From: an uncultured Eubacteriales bacterium
GTDB lineage: Bacteria > Bacillota > Clostridia > Christensenellales > Aristaeellaceae
NCBI GenBank assembly: GCA_900317565.1
Contig: ONHI01000001.1
Span: forward strand, 7,934-71,933
Length of the DNA stretch: 64,000 nucleotides
Reading direction: 5' to 3'
Both the position numbers and the translations under genes were made by a program. The notes under the pieces were generated by a model that worked only from the letters and a program-made list of their open reading frames with translations, did not search any database and had not been told where the DNA came from. Positions 16,873 through 26,068 of this stretch are shown piece by piece. Position 1 is the first letter of the stretch; each line of letters begins with the position of its first letter.

Positions 16873-19068
16873 TTGTCCAAGTTTGAGGGCACCGTCGAGG
16901 ACATCGTGTTCCGCAACGACCAGAACGGCTGGACCGTGGCGGCCGTCAAGCTGGACGGCGATCGCAGCCGCATCAGCGCCGTGGGCGTCATGCCCTTCCT
17001 GTCCACCGGGGAACACGCCATATTCGACGGCGAGCTGACCGAGCACAAGGACTACGGCAAGCAGATCAAGGTCGCCTCCTACGAGGCCACCCGCCCGGAG
17101 ACCAAGTCCGGCGTGGAGCGCTTCCTGGGCTCCGGGCTGATCAAGGGCGTCGGCCCCGCCACGGCCAGGCTGATCGTGGATTACTTCGGCGCGCGGGCGC
17201 TGGACGTGCTGGAGAGCGAACCGGAGCGGCTGACGGAGGTGGAGGGCATCGGCCCCAAGCGGGCGGCCATGATCGCCGAATCCTTCGCCGCCCAGAACGG
17301 CATGCGCAACACGCTGATATTCCTTCAGGAGTACGGCCTGACGCCCACGCTGTCGATGAAGATCTACCGCGCCTTTGGGGACATGACCGAGAGCGTGCTG
17401 CGCTCCAATCCCTATCGGCTGGTGGACGAGATCAACGGCGTGGGCTTTCGCACGGCGGACGAGATCGCCATGAGCCTGGGCTTCGGCCGGGAGTCGGAAT
17501 TCCGGCTGCGCAGCGGCGTGAAATACGTGCTGTCCGAGGCGGCCAACGGCGCGGGCCACGTCTACCTGCCCCGCGAGCTGCTGGTGGAGTATGCCACGCG
17601 GGTCCTCGGCGCGACGCCTGAGCTGGTGGAGGACGTGGTGAAGGGCCTGGTGCTGGACGGCGAGCTGATCCACGAGCGCGCGGGGGAGGAGGACGCGGTC
17701 TACCTGCCCCGGCTGCACCTGGCCGAGAGCGAGACGGCGCGGCTGCTGCTGCGCCAGATCAGGAGCATCCGCCCGCCCAAGCGGGGCGACGAGGACGCCC
17801 GGGCCGAGCTGGAGGCCCAGGAGGCGGCGCTGGGCGTATCGCTCTGCGCCGAGCAGCGGGAGGCCGCGCTGGCGGCGATGCGGGAGGGCGTCTGCGTGAT
17901 CACCGGCGGCCCCGGCACCGGCAAGACCACCTCCATCAACGTCATCATACGGCTGCTGCGCCGCATGGGCGACGTGGAGCTGTGCGCGCCCACGGGCCGC
18001 GCGGCCAAGCGCATGAGCGAGGCCACCGGCTGCCCCGCCCGCACGATCCACCGGCTGCTGGAGTACAGCGGCGAGGGCCAGGGCTTCGCCCGGGACGAGG
18101 ACAACCCGCTGGACGCCGACGTGGTGATCGTGGACGAGATGAGCATGGTGGACATCTTCCTGATGCGCTCGCTGCTGTGCGCGCTGCGGCCCGGCACCCG
18201 GCTGGTGCTGGTGGGGGACGTGGACCAGCTGCCCAGCGTCGGCGCGGGCAACGTGCTGCGGGACCTGATTGCGGCGGATGTGCTGCGGGTGGTGCGGCTG
18301 ACGGAGATCTTCCGCCAGGCGGGCGAGAGCCAGATCGTCATGAACGCCCACAGGATCAACCGGGGCGAATACCCCGAGATCCGCACCAAGGGCACCGATT
18401 TCTTCCTGGAGCGCAAGCAGAGCCCCGCCGAGGTCGCGGCCTCCGTGGTGGCGCTGGTGCAGGCCCGGCTGCCGAAGTACATGGGGCTGGACAGCCTGCG
18501 GGACATCCAGGTGATGGCCCCGATGAAGCGGGGCGAGGTGGGCGTGTTCGCGCTGAATGCGCTGCTCCAGCAGGCGCTGAATCCCGCCGGGCAGGGCGTG
18601 CCGGAGCTGAACCACGGCGGCACGATATTCCGCCGGGGCGACAAGGTGATGCAGGTGCGCAACAACTACGACCTGGACTGGACCCGGGACGACGAGGACG
18701 GCCAGGGCGTGTTCAACGGCGACATCGGCTACATACTGGCCGTGGACCGCAAGGCCCGGGCGCTGACCGTGGAATTCGACGACGGCCGCGTGGCGGAGTA
18801 CGACGAATCGCTGCTGGACGACCTGGAGCTGGCCTACTGCATGTCCGTGCACAAGAGCCAGGGCAGCGAGTTCGACGCGGTGGTGCTGCCGCTGGTCAGC
18901 GGGCCGCCGATGCTGATGACCCGCAACCTGCTGTATACCGCGGTCACCCGGGCCAAGCGCCTGGTGGTGCTGGTGGGCCGGGAGGGCTGCGTGCGGGCCA
19001 TGGTGGACAACAACCACATCACCCGCCGCTACAGCGCCCTGGACCTGCGGCTGAGGGGCGCGCTGTGA
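16873..19068 (+). CDS. recD2: SF1B ATP-dependent DNA helicase RecD2
   Basis: TTG 16873 lies 7 nt after GGGAGG (ATG 16858 is an alternative). FEGTVEDIVFRNDQNGWTVA N-domain, Walker A GGPGTGKTT, VIVDEMSMVD, MSVHKSQGSEF. Confidence 0.9.
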   Translation: MSKFEGTVEDIVFRNDQNGWTVAAVKLDGDRSRISAVGVMPFLSTGEHAIFDGELTEHKDYGKQIKVASYEATRPETKSGVERFLGSGLIKGVGPATARLIVDYFGARALDVLESEPERLTEVEGIGPKRAAMIAESFAAQNGMRNTLIFLQEYGLTPTLSMKIYRAFGDMTESVLRSNPYRLVDEINGVGFRTADEIAMSLGFGRESEFRLRSGVKYVLSEAANGAGHVYLPRELLVEYATRVLGATPELVEDVVKGLVLDGELIHERAGEEDAVYLPRLHLAESETARLLLRQIRSIRPPKRGDEDARAELEAQEAALGVSLCAEQREAALAAMREGVCVITGGPGTGKTTSINVIIRLLRRMGDVELCAPTGRAAKRMSEATGCPARTIHRLLEYSGEGQGFARDEDNPLDADVVIVDEMSMVDIFLMRSLLCALRPGTRLVLVGDVDQLPSVGAGNVLRDLIAADVLRVVRLTEIFRQAGESQIVMNAHRINRGEYPEIRTKGTDFFLERKQSPAEVAASVVALVQARLPKYMGLDSLRDIQVMAPMKRGEVGVFALNALLQQALNPAGQGVPELNHGGTIFRRGDKVMQVRNNYDLDWTRDDEDGQGVFNGDIGYILAVDRKARALTVEFDDGRVAEYDESLLDDLELAYCMSVHKSQGSEFDAVVLPLVSGPPMLMTRNLLYTAVTRAKRLVVLVGREGCVRAMVDNNHITRRYSALDLRLRGAL

Positions 19069-19751
19069 ACGGCGGGCTGAAGCGCCTGGCGGACGGCCTG
19101 CTGGAGCTGGTCTATCCGCTGCGGGCGGAGTGCATGGGCTGCGGCACGCGGGCCGGCTTTCCCCGGCCCTGGCTGTGCGAGGACTGCCGACAGCGCCTGG
19201 CGGAGCGCTGGGTCGGCGCGCTGCCGCCGGAGGGCCCCTTCGACGGCGCGGCCTATGCCTATCGCTACGGCGGGCCCGCCGGAGGCATGGTGCGCAGCCT
19301 GAAGTACCGCGGCGTGGCGCGGCTCTCGACGGTCATGGGCCGGGCGATGGTCAAGGCTCTCGAGGGCATACAACCCATCGGCGCGGACGGCGTGGTTTCG
19401 GTGCCGATGCACAAAAAGCGGCTGGCCGAGCGGGGCATCGACCACGCGGGGCTGCTGGCGCGGGCGGTGGCCGGACAGCTGGCGCTGCCGGTGCTGGACG
19501 GCGCGCTGGAGCGCACGCGCAATACGCCCCAGCAGGCGCGGCTGGAGCCCGCGCAGCGGCGCAGAAACATGGACGGCGCGATTGCCCTGAGGGGCGACGT
19601 GGCCGGGCGGCGGATCCTGCTGGTGGACGACGTGCGCACCACCGGGGCCACCGCCAACGCCTGCGCCACGGCCTTGCGGGAGGGCGGCGCGGCGGCGGTC
19701 TATTTGCTGTGCTTCGCCATCGCGGGGGAAAAGGATGACGACAGGCAATAG
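19065..19751 (+). CDS. comFC: ComF family protein (ComFC, phosphoribosyltransferase-like)
   Basis: GTG overlaps the recD2 stop (GTGA). CMGCG...CEDC zinc-finger motif. PRT motif ILLVDDVRTTGAT. This is the last 228 aa of ORF 17982..19751. Confidence 0.85.
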   Translation: MNGGLKRLADGLLELVYPLRAECMGCGTRAGFPRPWLCEDCRQRLAERWVGALPPEGPFDGAAYAYRYGGPAGGMVRSLKYRGVARLSTVMGRAMVKALEGIQPIGADGVVSVPMHKKRLAERGIDHAGLLARAVAGQLALPVLDGALERTRNTPQQARLEPAQRRRNMDGAIALRGDVAGRRILLVDDVRTTGATANACATALREGGAAAVYLLCFAIAGEKDDDRQ

Positions 19752-19810
19752 GCAATAGGAGAGCCGAGGGAATAGGGGGTAGGGAATAGGGAGTAGGGAA
19801 TAGGAATAGT
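19746..19810 (+). repeat. G-tract microsatellite (AATAGGG/GTAGGG units)
   Basis: gggaatagggggtagggaatagggagtagggaatagg. Five G3+ tracts separated by 3-4 nt. Confidence 0.8.
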
Positions 19811-19827
19811 TCCAGGGGCGGTACAGC

Positions 19828-20022
19828 CTTCCCCTTCAGGGGAAGGTGGATCGGCGAAGCCGAGACGGAAGAGGTCGCCGCCCTCCCACAGCCTTCCCCC
19901 TTGGGGAAGGTGGCCGAGCGCAGCGAGGTCGGATGAGGTCGAATACATGCAACCTTCCTTGCTTAATCGCAAGGCAGGGATGACGGATTGCCACGTCGGC
20001 CTGGCGGCCTCCTCGCAATGAC
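19828..20022. repeat. Cluster of short palindromic elements, including an inverted copy of the 75-bp repeat core
   Basis: Hairpins ccttcccc-ttca-ggggaagg and ccttccccc-ttggggaagg. gatgacggattgccacg...ctcgcaatgac (19978-20022) is the reverse-oriented core of the downstream array. Confidence 0.7.
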
Positions 20023-20046
20023 ATCGTTCGATGCAAATTTGTACGT

Positions 20047-20460
20047 GTCATTGCGAGGCGCGAAGCGCCGTGGCAATCCGTCACCCCCCGCACGACATAC
20101 AGCGATACCGCATCGCACACTGTCATTGCGAGGCGCGGAGCGCCGTGGCAATCCGTCACCCCTCGCACGACATACAGCGATACCGCATCGCACATTGTCA
20201 TTGCGAGGCGCGAAGCGCCGTGGCAATCCGTCATCCCCCCGCACGACATACAGCGATACCGCATCGCACACTGTCATTGCGAGGCGCGAAGCGCCGCGGC
20301 AATCCGTCACCCCCCCGCACGACATACAGCGAACCGCATCGCACATTGTCATTGCGAGGCGCGAAGCGCCGTGGCAATCCGTCATCCCCCGCACGACATA
20401 CAGCGATACCGCATCGCACACTGTCATTGTGAGGCGCGAAGCGCCGTGGCAATCCGTTCC
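20047..20460. repeat. Tandem array, 5.5 copies of a 74-76 bp unit with an internal hairpin
   Basis: Units start at 20047, 20122, 20197, 20273, 20347 and 20423. Consensus gtcattgcgaggcgcgaagcgccgtggcaatccgtcaccccccgcacgacatacagcgataccgcatcgcacact. Only a few substitutions or 1-nt length differences between units, by eye. Confidence 0.9.
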
Positions 20461-20503
20461 CCATCCGAATCGAAATATGCGTTAATGCGTGGAGGTGTAT
20501 GCC

Positions 20504-21268
20504 GTGGACAGGATAACCAGCGCGAAGAATCCCGTCGTCAAGGGGTTGAAGGCCCTGCGGGAGCGCAAGGAGCGCGAGGCGGCGGGCCGCTTCCTGGTGG
20601 AGGGCGAGGTCATGCTGCGGGAGGCGCTGAAATGCGGGCTCACGCTGCGGGAGGCGCTGGCCGAGGACGATCTGGCCGCGCTGGCGGAGGAGCTGGAGGC
20701 CCTCGGCGCGCGGGCGTATGTCGCCCCCAGGAGCCTGCTGGAATCGGTGTGCGACACCAGGACCCCCCAGGGCGTGTGCGCGTCCTTCGACCTGCCCGCG
20801 CCGTTGCCCCTGGCGGACGCTCCGGCGCGGATCGTGGCGCTGGACGGCACCCAGGACCCGGGCAACGTCGGGACGATCTGGCGCACCGCCGACGCCGCGG
20901 GCTTCGGCGGCCTGCTGTTCGGCGGGGGCTGCGCCGATCCCCTCTCCCCGAAGGTGCAGCGCGCCGCCATGGGCTCCGGCTTCCGGGTGCCCTTCATGAC
21001 GGCGGAGGACCTGCCCGCAGCGCTGATCGAATTGAGCCGCCGGGGCTGGTCGGTGATTGCCAGCGATCTGCGCGGCGCGGACTTCTACAGCCGCCCGGAC
21101 CCCGGGGAGAAATATGTGCTGGTGATCGGCAACGAGGCCCGGGGCATCTCCGATGCCACCCGCCAGGCCGCCACCGCGCTGGTGAAGCTGCCCATGCGGG
21201 GCGGCGCGGAATCGCTGAACGCCGCCGTTGCCGCCGGGATCATGATGTATGAATTGACGCGGGTGTGA
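20504..21268 (+). CDS. TrmH/SpoU family RNA 2'-O-methyltransferase
   Basis: GTG 20504 lies 8 nt after GGAGG (GTG 20489 is an alternative). LDGTQDPGNVGTIWRTADA, LVIGNEARGIS, ESLNAAVAAGIMMYE. Confidence 0.88.
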   Translation: MDRITSAKNPVVKGLKALRERKEREAAGRFLVEGEVMLREALKCGLTLREALAEDDLAALAEELEALGARAYVAPRSLLESVCDTRTPQGVCASFDLPAPLPLADAPARIVALDGTQDPGNVGTIWRTADAAGFGGLLFGGGCADPLSPKVQRAAMGSGFRVPFMTAEDLPAALIELSRRGWSVIASDLRGADFYSRPDPGEKYVLVIGNEARGISDATRQAATALVKLPMRGGAESLNAAVAAGIMMYELTRV

Positions 21269-22231
21269 TCATCCGCACCGCCGCCGCCACGGTTCCGTGG
21301 CGGCGAAGTCTATCCGGGCCTTCCTGCGCACCAGCTTGAACAGCAGCGCCCGGGTTATCTTTCCGGGGATACGCACCATGGCCCTCATGGAGGTCTTCTT
21401 GCGAATCTGGCGCTGCATCCTCTGCTGGAAGGGGTCGGGATTCTCTCGCGTCATCAGCAGCCGGCTCATCGCCAGGAATTCGTCGGTGATGCGCTGCTGC
21501 CACTTGCTGTTGCCGCCGGAGGATATGCCGGTGCCGTACTCGTAGAACACGGTCTCCCGGGGATAGTAGCCGCCGCAGACGCCGTCGTACATCATCATGC
21601 GATAGATGTAATCCTCGCAGTACAGGTTGCCGATCCCCGCCAGCTCCCGGGCGTAGCGCAGCTTCGTGGCGGTCCGGCCCAGCAGCGTCGCGCCGAGGGC
21701 GGCGTCGTCCAGCACCGCGTAGTTCCAGCGGCACCTCTGCGCGTTTTTCCTGCGATAGCAATTCAAATAGACCGGAAAGGGCGGCGTCGGCAGCAGCTGC
21801 ATGCCGTCCGGAGCGTTCCGGTAATACAGCGCGTCGGAGAAGGTCCAGTCATAGCCCTCCCGCCGCGTGAAATCCAGCCAGCCCTTCAACACGTCGCTGC
21901 CGGTCAGGAAATCCCCGGGGCTGATGCACTTGGCGTATTCCCCGCGGGCGGCCTCCAGCCCGGATATGAAATTGGCAATGGTGCCGTGGTTTTCCGGGTT
22001 CAGCACCAGCTTGTAGTCGGAAAAGCCAAGCTTTGAGAACAGCGCCTCCATGCGCTCCCGGCAGTTGTCCGGCGAGCCGTCGTCCGCCACCACGATCTGA
22101 AGCCGCACGCCCTCCTGGAACACGGCGGAGCATATCGTCTGCCGCAGCTTGTCCCAATCGGGGTGGTAGGTGAGTATGATGACGCTGATTTCGTATTCAA
22201 ACGCGCCGCGCCGATCGCTTTCGCCCTTCAT
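21269..22231 (-). CDS. Glycosyltransferase family 2
   Basis: ISVIILTYHPDWDKLRQTICSAVFQ...IVVADDGSPDN. Confidence 0.85.
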   Translation of the reverse strand: MKGESDRRGAFEYEISVIILTYHPDWDKLRQTICSAVFQEGVRLQIVVADDGSPDNCRERMEALFSKLGFSDYKLVLNPENHGTIANFISGLEAARGEYAKCISPGDFLTGSDVLKGWLDFTRREGYDWTFSDALYYRNAPDGMQLLPTPPFPVYLNCYRRKNAQRCRWNYAVLDDAALGATLLGRTATKLRYARELAGIGNLYCEDYIYRMMMYDGVCGGYYPRETVFYEYGTGISSGGNSKWQQRITDEFLAMSRLLMTRENPDPFQQRMQRQIRKKTSMRAMVRIPGKITRALLFKLVRRKARIDFAATEPWRRRCG

Positions 22232-22258
22232 CTCGATCCCTCCCGTGCCTGTTTTCGC

Positions 22259-23245
22259 CTATTCGTCCCGCGCGGCGAGCAGCCGCAGCAGCGGTCGCGC
22301 CAGGCGCAGATGGTACAGCCGCGTAAAGCCCCAGACGCTCAACCGTATGGAGAGGGGCTCTCCCGGCGGGCCGGACAGCGATATCATGTCGTTTCTGTCA
22401 AAGCCCGGGTATTCCCGCTCCAGCCACGCCATCAGCCGGTCGTACTGCGCCGCCACCGTGGCCCTGGGCGTGCGCCGGACCGTGAACAGCAGATACCACA
22501 CCACATAGCGGTACATGAAGTATTGCAGACAGGTCCTGTCGATGTGCCCGTCGGCGGGCAGGTCCCGCTTCAATGCGTCCAGCAGTATGAACGGATCGAT
22601 GGCCTTGTCGGCCTTTTTTTGGTTGTGGTTGGAGTGGGACAGGGGATTGTCCACCCAGTAATAGCCGGTGTCAGGGATGGTGGCGATCCGGTCCGTGTAG
22701 GCATAGGCCAGCAGCGTGAAATACACGTCCTCGCCGATGGCGGTCTTCAGGTAGCGCACGGGATGCCGCTTCAGGAACGCCGTGCGATAGAGGTGCGCCC
22801 AGGGAGACACGACCACGAACCTGCCCCAGGGATCGTCCGTCAGCGAGACCCGCCGCAGCGCCTTGCCGTTCTCCGCGTCATAGCGCACATAGCCGCCGCA
22901 GACGATGTCGGCGCCGCTGGACTCCATGGCCCGGACGTAGCTTTCCAGGTAGTTGCTCTCGATGAAATCGTCCTGGTCGATAAAGCCGATGTACTCCGTG
23001 TCGGCCCGTTCGATGCCCGCGTTTCGGGTCTCGGCGACGCCCCGGTTCTCCTGGCGGATCAGCGTCAGCGCGAGCTCCGGGTGCTCCCGGCTGTATCGCT
23101 CGATCACCGCCGCGGAATCGTCCCGGGAGCCGTCGTCGAACAGCAGCACCTCGAAATCCCGATAGGTCTGCCGGAGGAGGCTGTCCAGGCAGCGCACGAT
23201 GTGGGCGCTGCCGTTGTATACAGGTATGACCAGTGTCAGCTTCAT
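22259..23245 (-). CDS. Glycosyltransferase family 2
   Basis: Start at MKLTLVIPVYNGSAHIVRCLDSLLRQTYRDFEVLLFDDGSRDDS. DQDD motif (FIDQDDF). Confidence 0.88.
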   Translation of the reverse strand: MKLTLVIPVYNGSAHIVRCLDSLLRQTYRDFEVLLFDDGSRDDSAAVIERYSREHPELALTLIRQENRGVAETRNAGIERADTEYIGFIDQDDFIESNYLESYVRAMESSGADIVCGGYVRYDAENGKALRRVSLTDDPWGRFVVVSPWAHLYRTAFLKRHPVRYLKTAIGEDVYFTLLAYAYTDRIATIPDTGYYWVDNPLSHSNHNQKKADKAIDPFILLDALKRDLPADGHIDRTCLQYFMYRYVVWYLLFTVRRTPRATVAAQYDRLMAWLEREYPGFDRNDMISLSGPPGEPLSIRLSVWGFTRLYHLRLARPLLRLLAARDE

Positions 23246-23466
23246 ATGCTCTCGACCTCTTGCACCGCGATGGGGATATTGCCGTACCAATACAGTACCA
23301 TATATTTGTTTATTTTTCAAGCCGGGCGGCCCGTGCATAAATAACAGGAAATAACCGCCCCGCACTTGAAAAACGGAATGGCGTATGGTATGCTTTATAA
23401 AATAGAGCAATTGTACCTGTCGGGCGCCGCGGCCCCCAAACCGGCAGGACCGGGCGATTCGACAGA

Positions 23467-23901
23467 ATGGAGCATACGATGCAGGTAATCAAATATGTGT
23501 TTCAGCCCCACGGCGACGATCGCGGGCAGCTGGTGGCGCTGGAGGAGTTCAAGGACATCCCTTTCCGGATCAAGCGGGTCTACTACATGTACGACACCGG
23601 GGCCGGGGTCACCCGGGGCTACCATGCCCACAAGAGCCTGGAGCAGATATTGATCTGCATCCACGGCAGCTGCAAGATCCGGCTGGACAACGGCCGGGAG
23701 AAGAAGGTCATACCGCTGGAGAAGCCCTATGAGGGGCTGTATGTGTCCAATGCCATGTGGCGGGAGATGTTCGATTTCTCCCCGGACGCGGTGCTGATGG
23801 TGCTGGCCTCGGAGCTGTATGACGAGCGGGACTACATCCGCAATTACGATGAGTTCCTGGCATTTGTGAACAAGGGCGGCGCGGCCGCCGCGGAGGAATG
23901 A
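23467..23901 (+). CDS. WxcM/FdtA-like dTDP-4-keto-6-deoxyhexose 3,4-ketoisomerase
   Basis: [13 protein letters not shown]...RVYYMYD...TRGYHAHK...[18 protein letters not shown]. FdtA and QdtA cannot be distinguished by eye. Confidence 0.75.
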   Translation: MEHTMQVIKYVFQPHGDDRGQLVALEEFKDIPFRIKRVYYMYDTGAGVTRGYHAHKSLEQILICIHGSCKIRLDNGREKKVIPLEKPYEGLYVSNAMWREMFDFSPDAVLMVLASELYDERDYIRNYDEFLAFVNKGGAAAAEE

Positions 23902-25007
23902 GCATGAGCGTGAAGGTGCCGTTTGTATCGTTCCGTCCCATGGAACGGGAGCTGGACGACGCGCTGAAGGGCGCGTTCAACCGGGTGTTCGAGGCCTCCT
24001 GGTACATTGAGGGCCGGGAGGACGCTGCCTTCGAACAGGCCTTCGCCGACTATTGCGGCGCGAAATACTGCGTGGGCGTGGGCAACGGCCTGGACGCGCT
24101 GATGCTGTGCCTGAAGGCGCTGGGCATCGGCGAGGGCGACGAGGTGATCGTGCCCTCCAACACCTATATCGCCACGGCGCTGGCGGTGACCTATGTGGGC
24201 GCGAAGGTGGTGTTCGTGGAGCCGGAGCTGGAGACCTTCAACATCGACCCGGCCCGCATCGAGGCCGCCGTGACCGACCGGACCCGGGCGATCATGCCCG
24301 TGCACCTGTACGGTCGGGCCTGCGACATGGACCCCATCATGGACATCGCCCGCAGGCACGGCCTGCGCGTGGTGGAGGATTGCGCCCAGGCCCACGGCGC
24401 GACCTACAGGGGCCGCAGGGTGGGAACCTTCGGCGACGCCGCCGGCTTCAGCTTCTATCCCGGCAAGAACCTGGGGGCGCTGGGCGACGCCGGCGCGGTG
24501 GTGACCAATGACCGGGAGCTGGCGGAAAAGGTGCGCGCCCTGGGCAACTACGGCTCGGATTACAAGTATCATCACATCTATCTGGGGAACAACAGCCGCC
24601 TGGACGAGCTGCAGGCCGCCTTCCTGGCCGCGAAGCTGCCGCACCTGGAGCGCATGAACGCCGATCGCAGGCGCATCGCCGGGCGATACCTGGCGGAGAT
24701 GGACAATCCCCGGGTGGCGCTGCCCCGTGTCACCGAGGGCTATGTGCCGGTCTGGCATGTCTTCGGCGTGCGCTGCCAGGACAGGGATGCCCTGGAACAG
24801 TTCCTGAACAGGCGGGGCATCGGCACCAACAAGCACTATCCCATACCGATGCACCTGCAACAGTGCTACAGCTCCCTGGGCTTCCGCGAGGGCGATTTCC
24901 CCATCGCCGAGGAGATCAGCCGCACCGAGCTGAGCCTGCCCATGTACTACGGCATGACCGACGAGGAAATCGCCACCGTGATCTCGGCGGTGAACGATTT
25001 CCGGTGA
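23898..25007 (+). CDS. DegT/DnrJ/EryC1 family sugar aminotransferase (FdtB/QdtB-like)
   Basis: [44 protein letters not shown] (PLP lysine). ATGA overlap with the upstream gene. Confidence 0.88.
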   Translation: MSMSVKVPFVSFRPMERELDDALKGAFNRVFEASWYIEGREDAAFEQAFADYCGAKYCVGVGNGLDALMLCLKALGIGEGDEVIVPSNTYIATALAVTYVGAKVVFVEPELETFNIDPARIEAAVTDRTRAIMPVHLYGRACDMDPIMDIARRHGLRVVEDCAQAHGATYRGRRVGTFGDAAGFSFYPGKNLGALGDAGAVVTNDRELAEKVRALGNYGSDYKYHHIYLGNNSRLDELQAAFLAAKLPHLERMNADRRRIAGRYLAEMDNPRVALPRVTEGYVPVWHVFGVRCQDRDALEQFLNRRGIGTNKHYPIPMHLQQCYSSLGFREGDFPIAEEISRTELSLPMYYGMTDEEIATVISAVNDFR

Positions 25008-25019
25008 GGATGCGCGCAT

Positions 25020-26056
25020 ATGGTCGCTCGGAACACACAAACGGCCCCCAGGCCTGCGCGGCAGTCCGGCGTTGAGCTGCTGCGCATACTGGCCGCGCTG
25101 GCCGTGGTCGTGCTGCACATCAACTATTATCCCGGCGGCGTGGGCGTCGCGGACGTGGCGACGGGCGTCGGCAGGACGGCGCTGGACCTGCTGGAGTGCC
25201 TCTGCATCTGCGCGGTCAACGTTTTTTTGCTGATCTCCGGGGCCTTTGGCAGCAGCGCCCGATCGGTGAAGGTCCGAAAGCTCGGCCTGCTGCTGCTGCA
25301 AACCTCGGCGTTTCGCGTGGCGGCGAACCTGGCGCTCAGCGCCTATGGCGGCGACTGGGACCTGCGGCGCATACTTGGCGCGTTTGTTCCCGTCAACTAC
25401 TATGTGATACTCTACGTCGCCCTGATGCTGCTCTCGCCCTACCTGAACGCGGGGCTGGCGCGGCTGAGCCGGGCGCGTTCTCGGTGTTCGCCACGGCGGT
25501 GGACGTGGCCAAAGAGGTTTCGGGCGAGGCGCTCTCCGGGCTGAGCCCCATCGGTATAGACGGCTCCATGGGCGGTTATACCATCGTCAACTTCGCCCTG
25601 GTCTACCTCCTGGGCGCGTGGCTGCGGCGGGAGGAGGCCGCGCTTCGGCAAAAGCTGCCGACGCCGCTGCTGCTCGTGGCCGTGGCGGCGCTGTGCCTTC
25701 TGCTGCTGCTCTGGCGCAAGACCCTGCCCGGGACGGCCTGGATGTACTCCAATCCGCTGGTGATCCTGGAGGGCTGCGCGGTGTTCCTGCTGTTCTCCCG
25801 GCTGCGCTTTTCCAGCGGTTGGATCAACAGGATCGCGCCGGCGGCATTCACCTGCTATCTGATCCACGGCTACGCGCTGAGCCTCGTCAGCCTGGAGCGC
25901 CTGGGCGTGCTGCCGCTGCCGCTGGTGCTGGGCGGGATGCTCGTCGGCGCGGCGGGGATATACGCCCTGTCCGTGGCCGTGCATTTCATCTGGAGCGCCG
26001 CCGTGGACCGCCTGTTCCGGCCGGGCACGGAGCGCCTGACGATTTCCGTTGATTGA
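25020..26056 (+). pseudogene. Acyltransferase family 3 (O-acyltransferase), frameshifted near 25465-25480
   Basis: ORF 25020..25544 carries the N-terminal TM region up to YLNAGLARLS. The continuation FSVFATAVDV...CYLIHGYAL is in frame +2 (ORF 25196..26056). Combined length about 343 aa. Confidence 0.7.
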
Positions 26057-26068
26057 CGGGGTGCAGAA

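Noticed and set aside
17982-19064. N-terminal 361 aa of the 589-aa ORF 17982..19751.
   Set aside because: This part overlaps recD2 in another frame and is Arg/Gly/Pro-rich. Only the part from GTG 19065 (ComFC) is homologous to a known family.
20047-20460. Possible CRISPR array, suggested by regular spacing of about 75 bp.
   Set aside because: The whole 75-bp unit is conserved, including the would-be spacers, so there are no unique spacers. No cas genes or leader are present. It is a tandem repeat.
19836-20485. ORFs 19836..20264 -, 19963..20427 -, 19988..20485 +, 20031..20432 + and 20231..20464 -, which encode repetitive 'CHGASRLAMT / LRGAKRRGNPS' peptides.
   Set aside because: They are translations of the tandem or palindromic repeats in several frames on both strands. 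They have no SD sequences and are periodic with the DNA repeat.
22163-23344. 393-aa plus-strand ORF across the two GT2 genes.
   Set aside because: It is antisense to two GT2 genes with canonical DDGS/DxD motifs, and its composition is typical of a shadow ORF.
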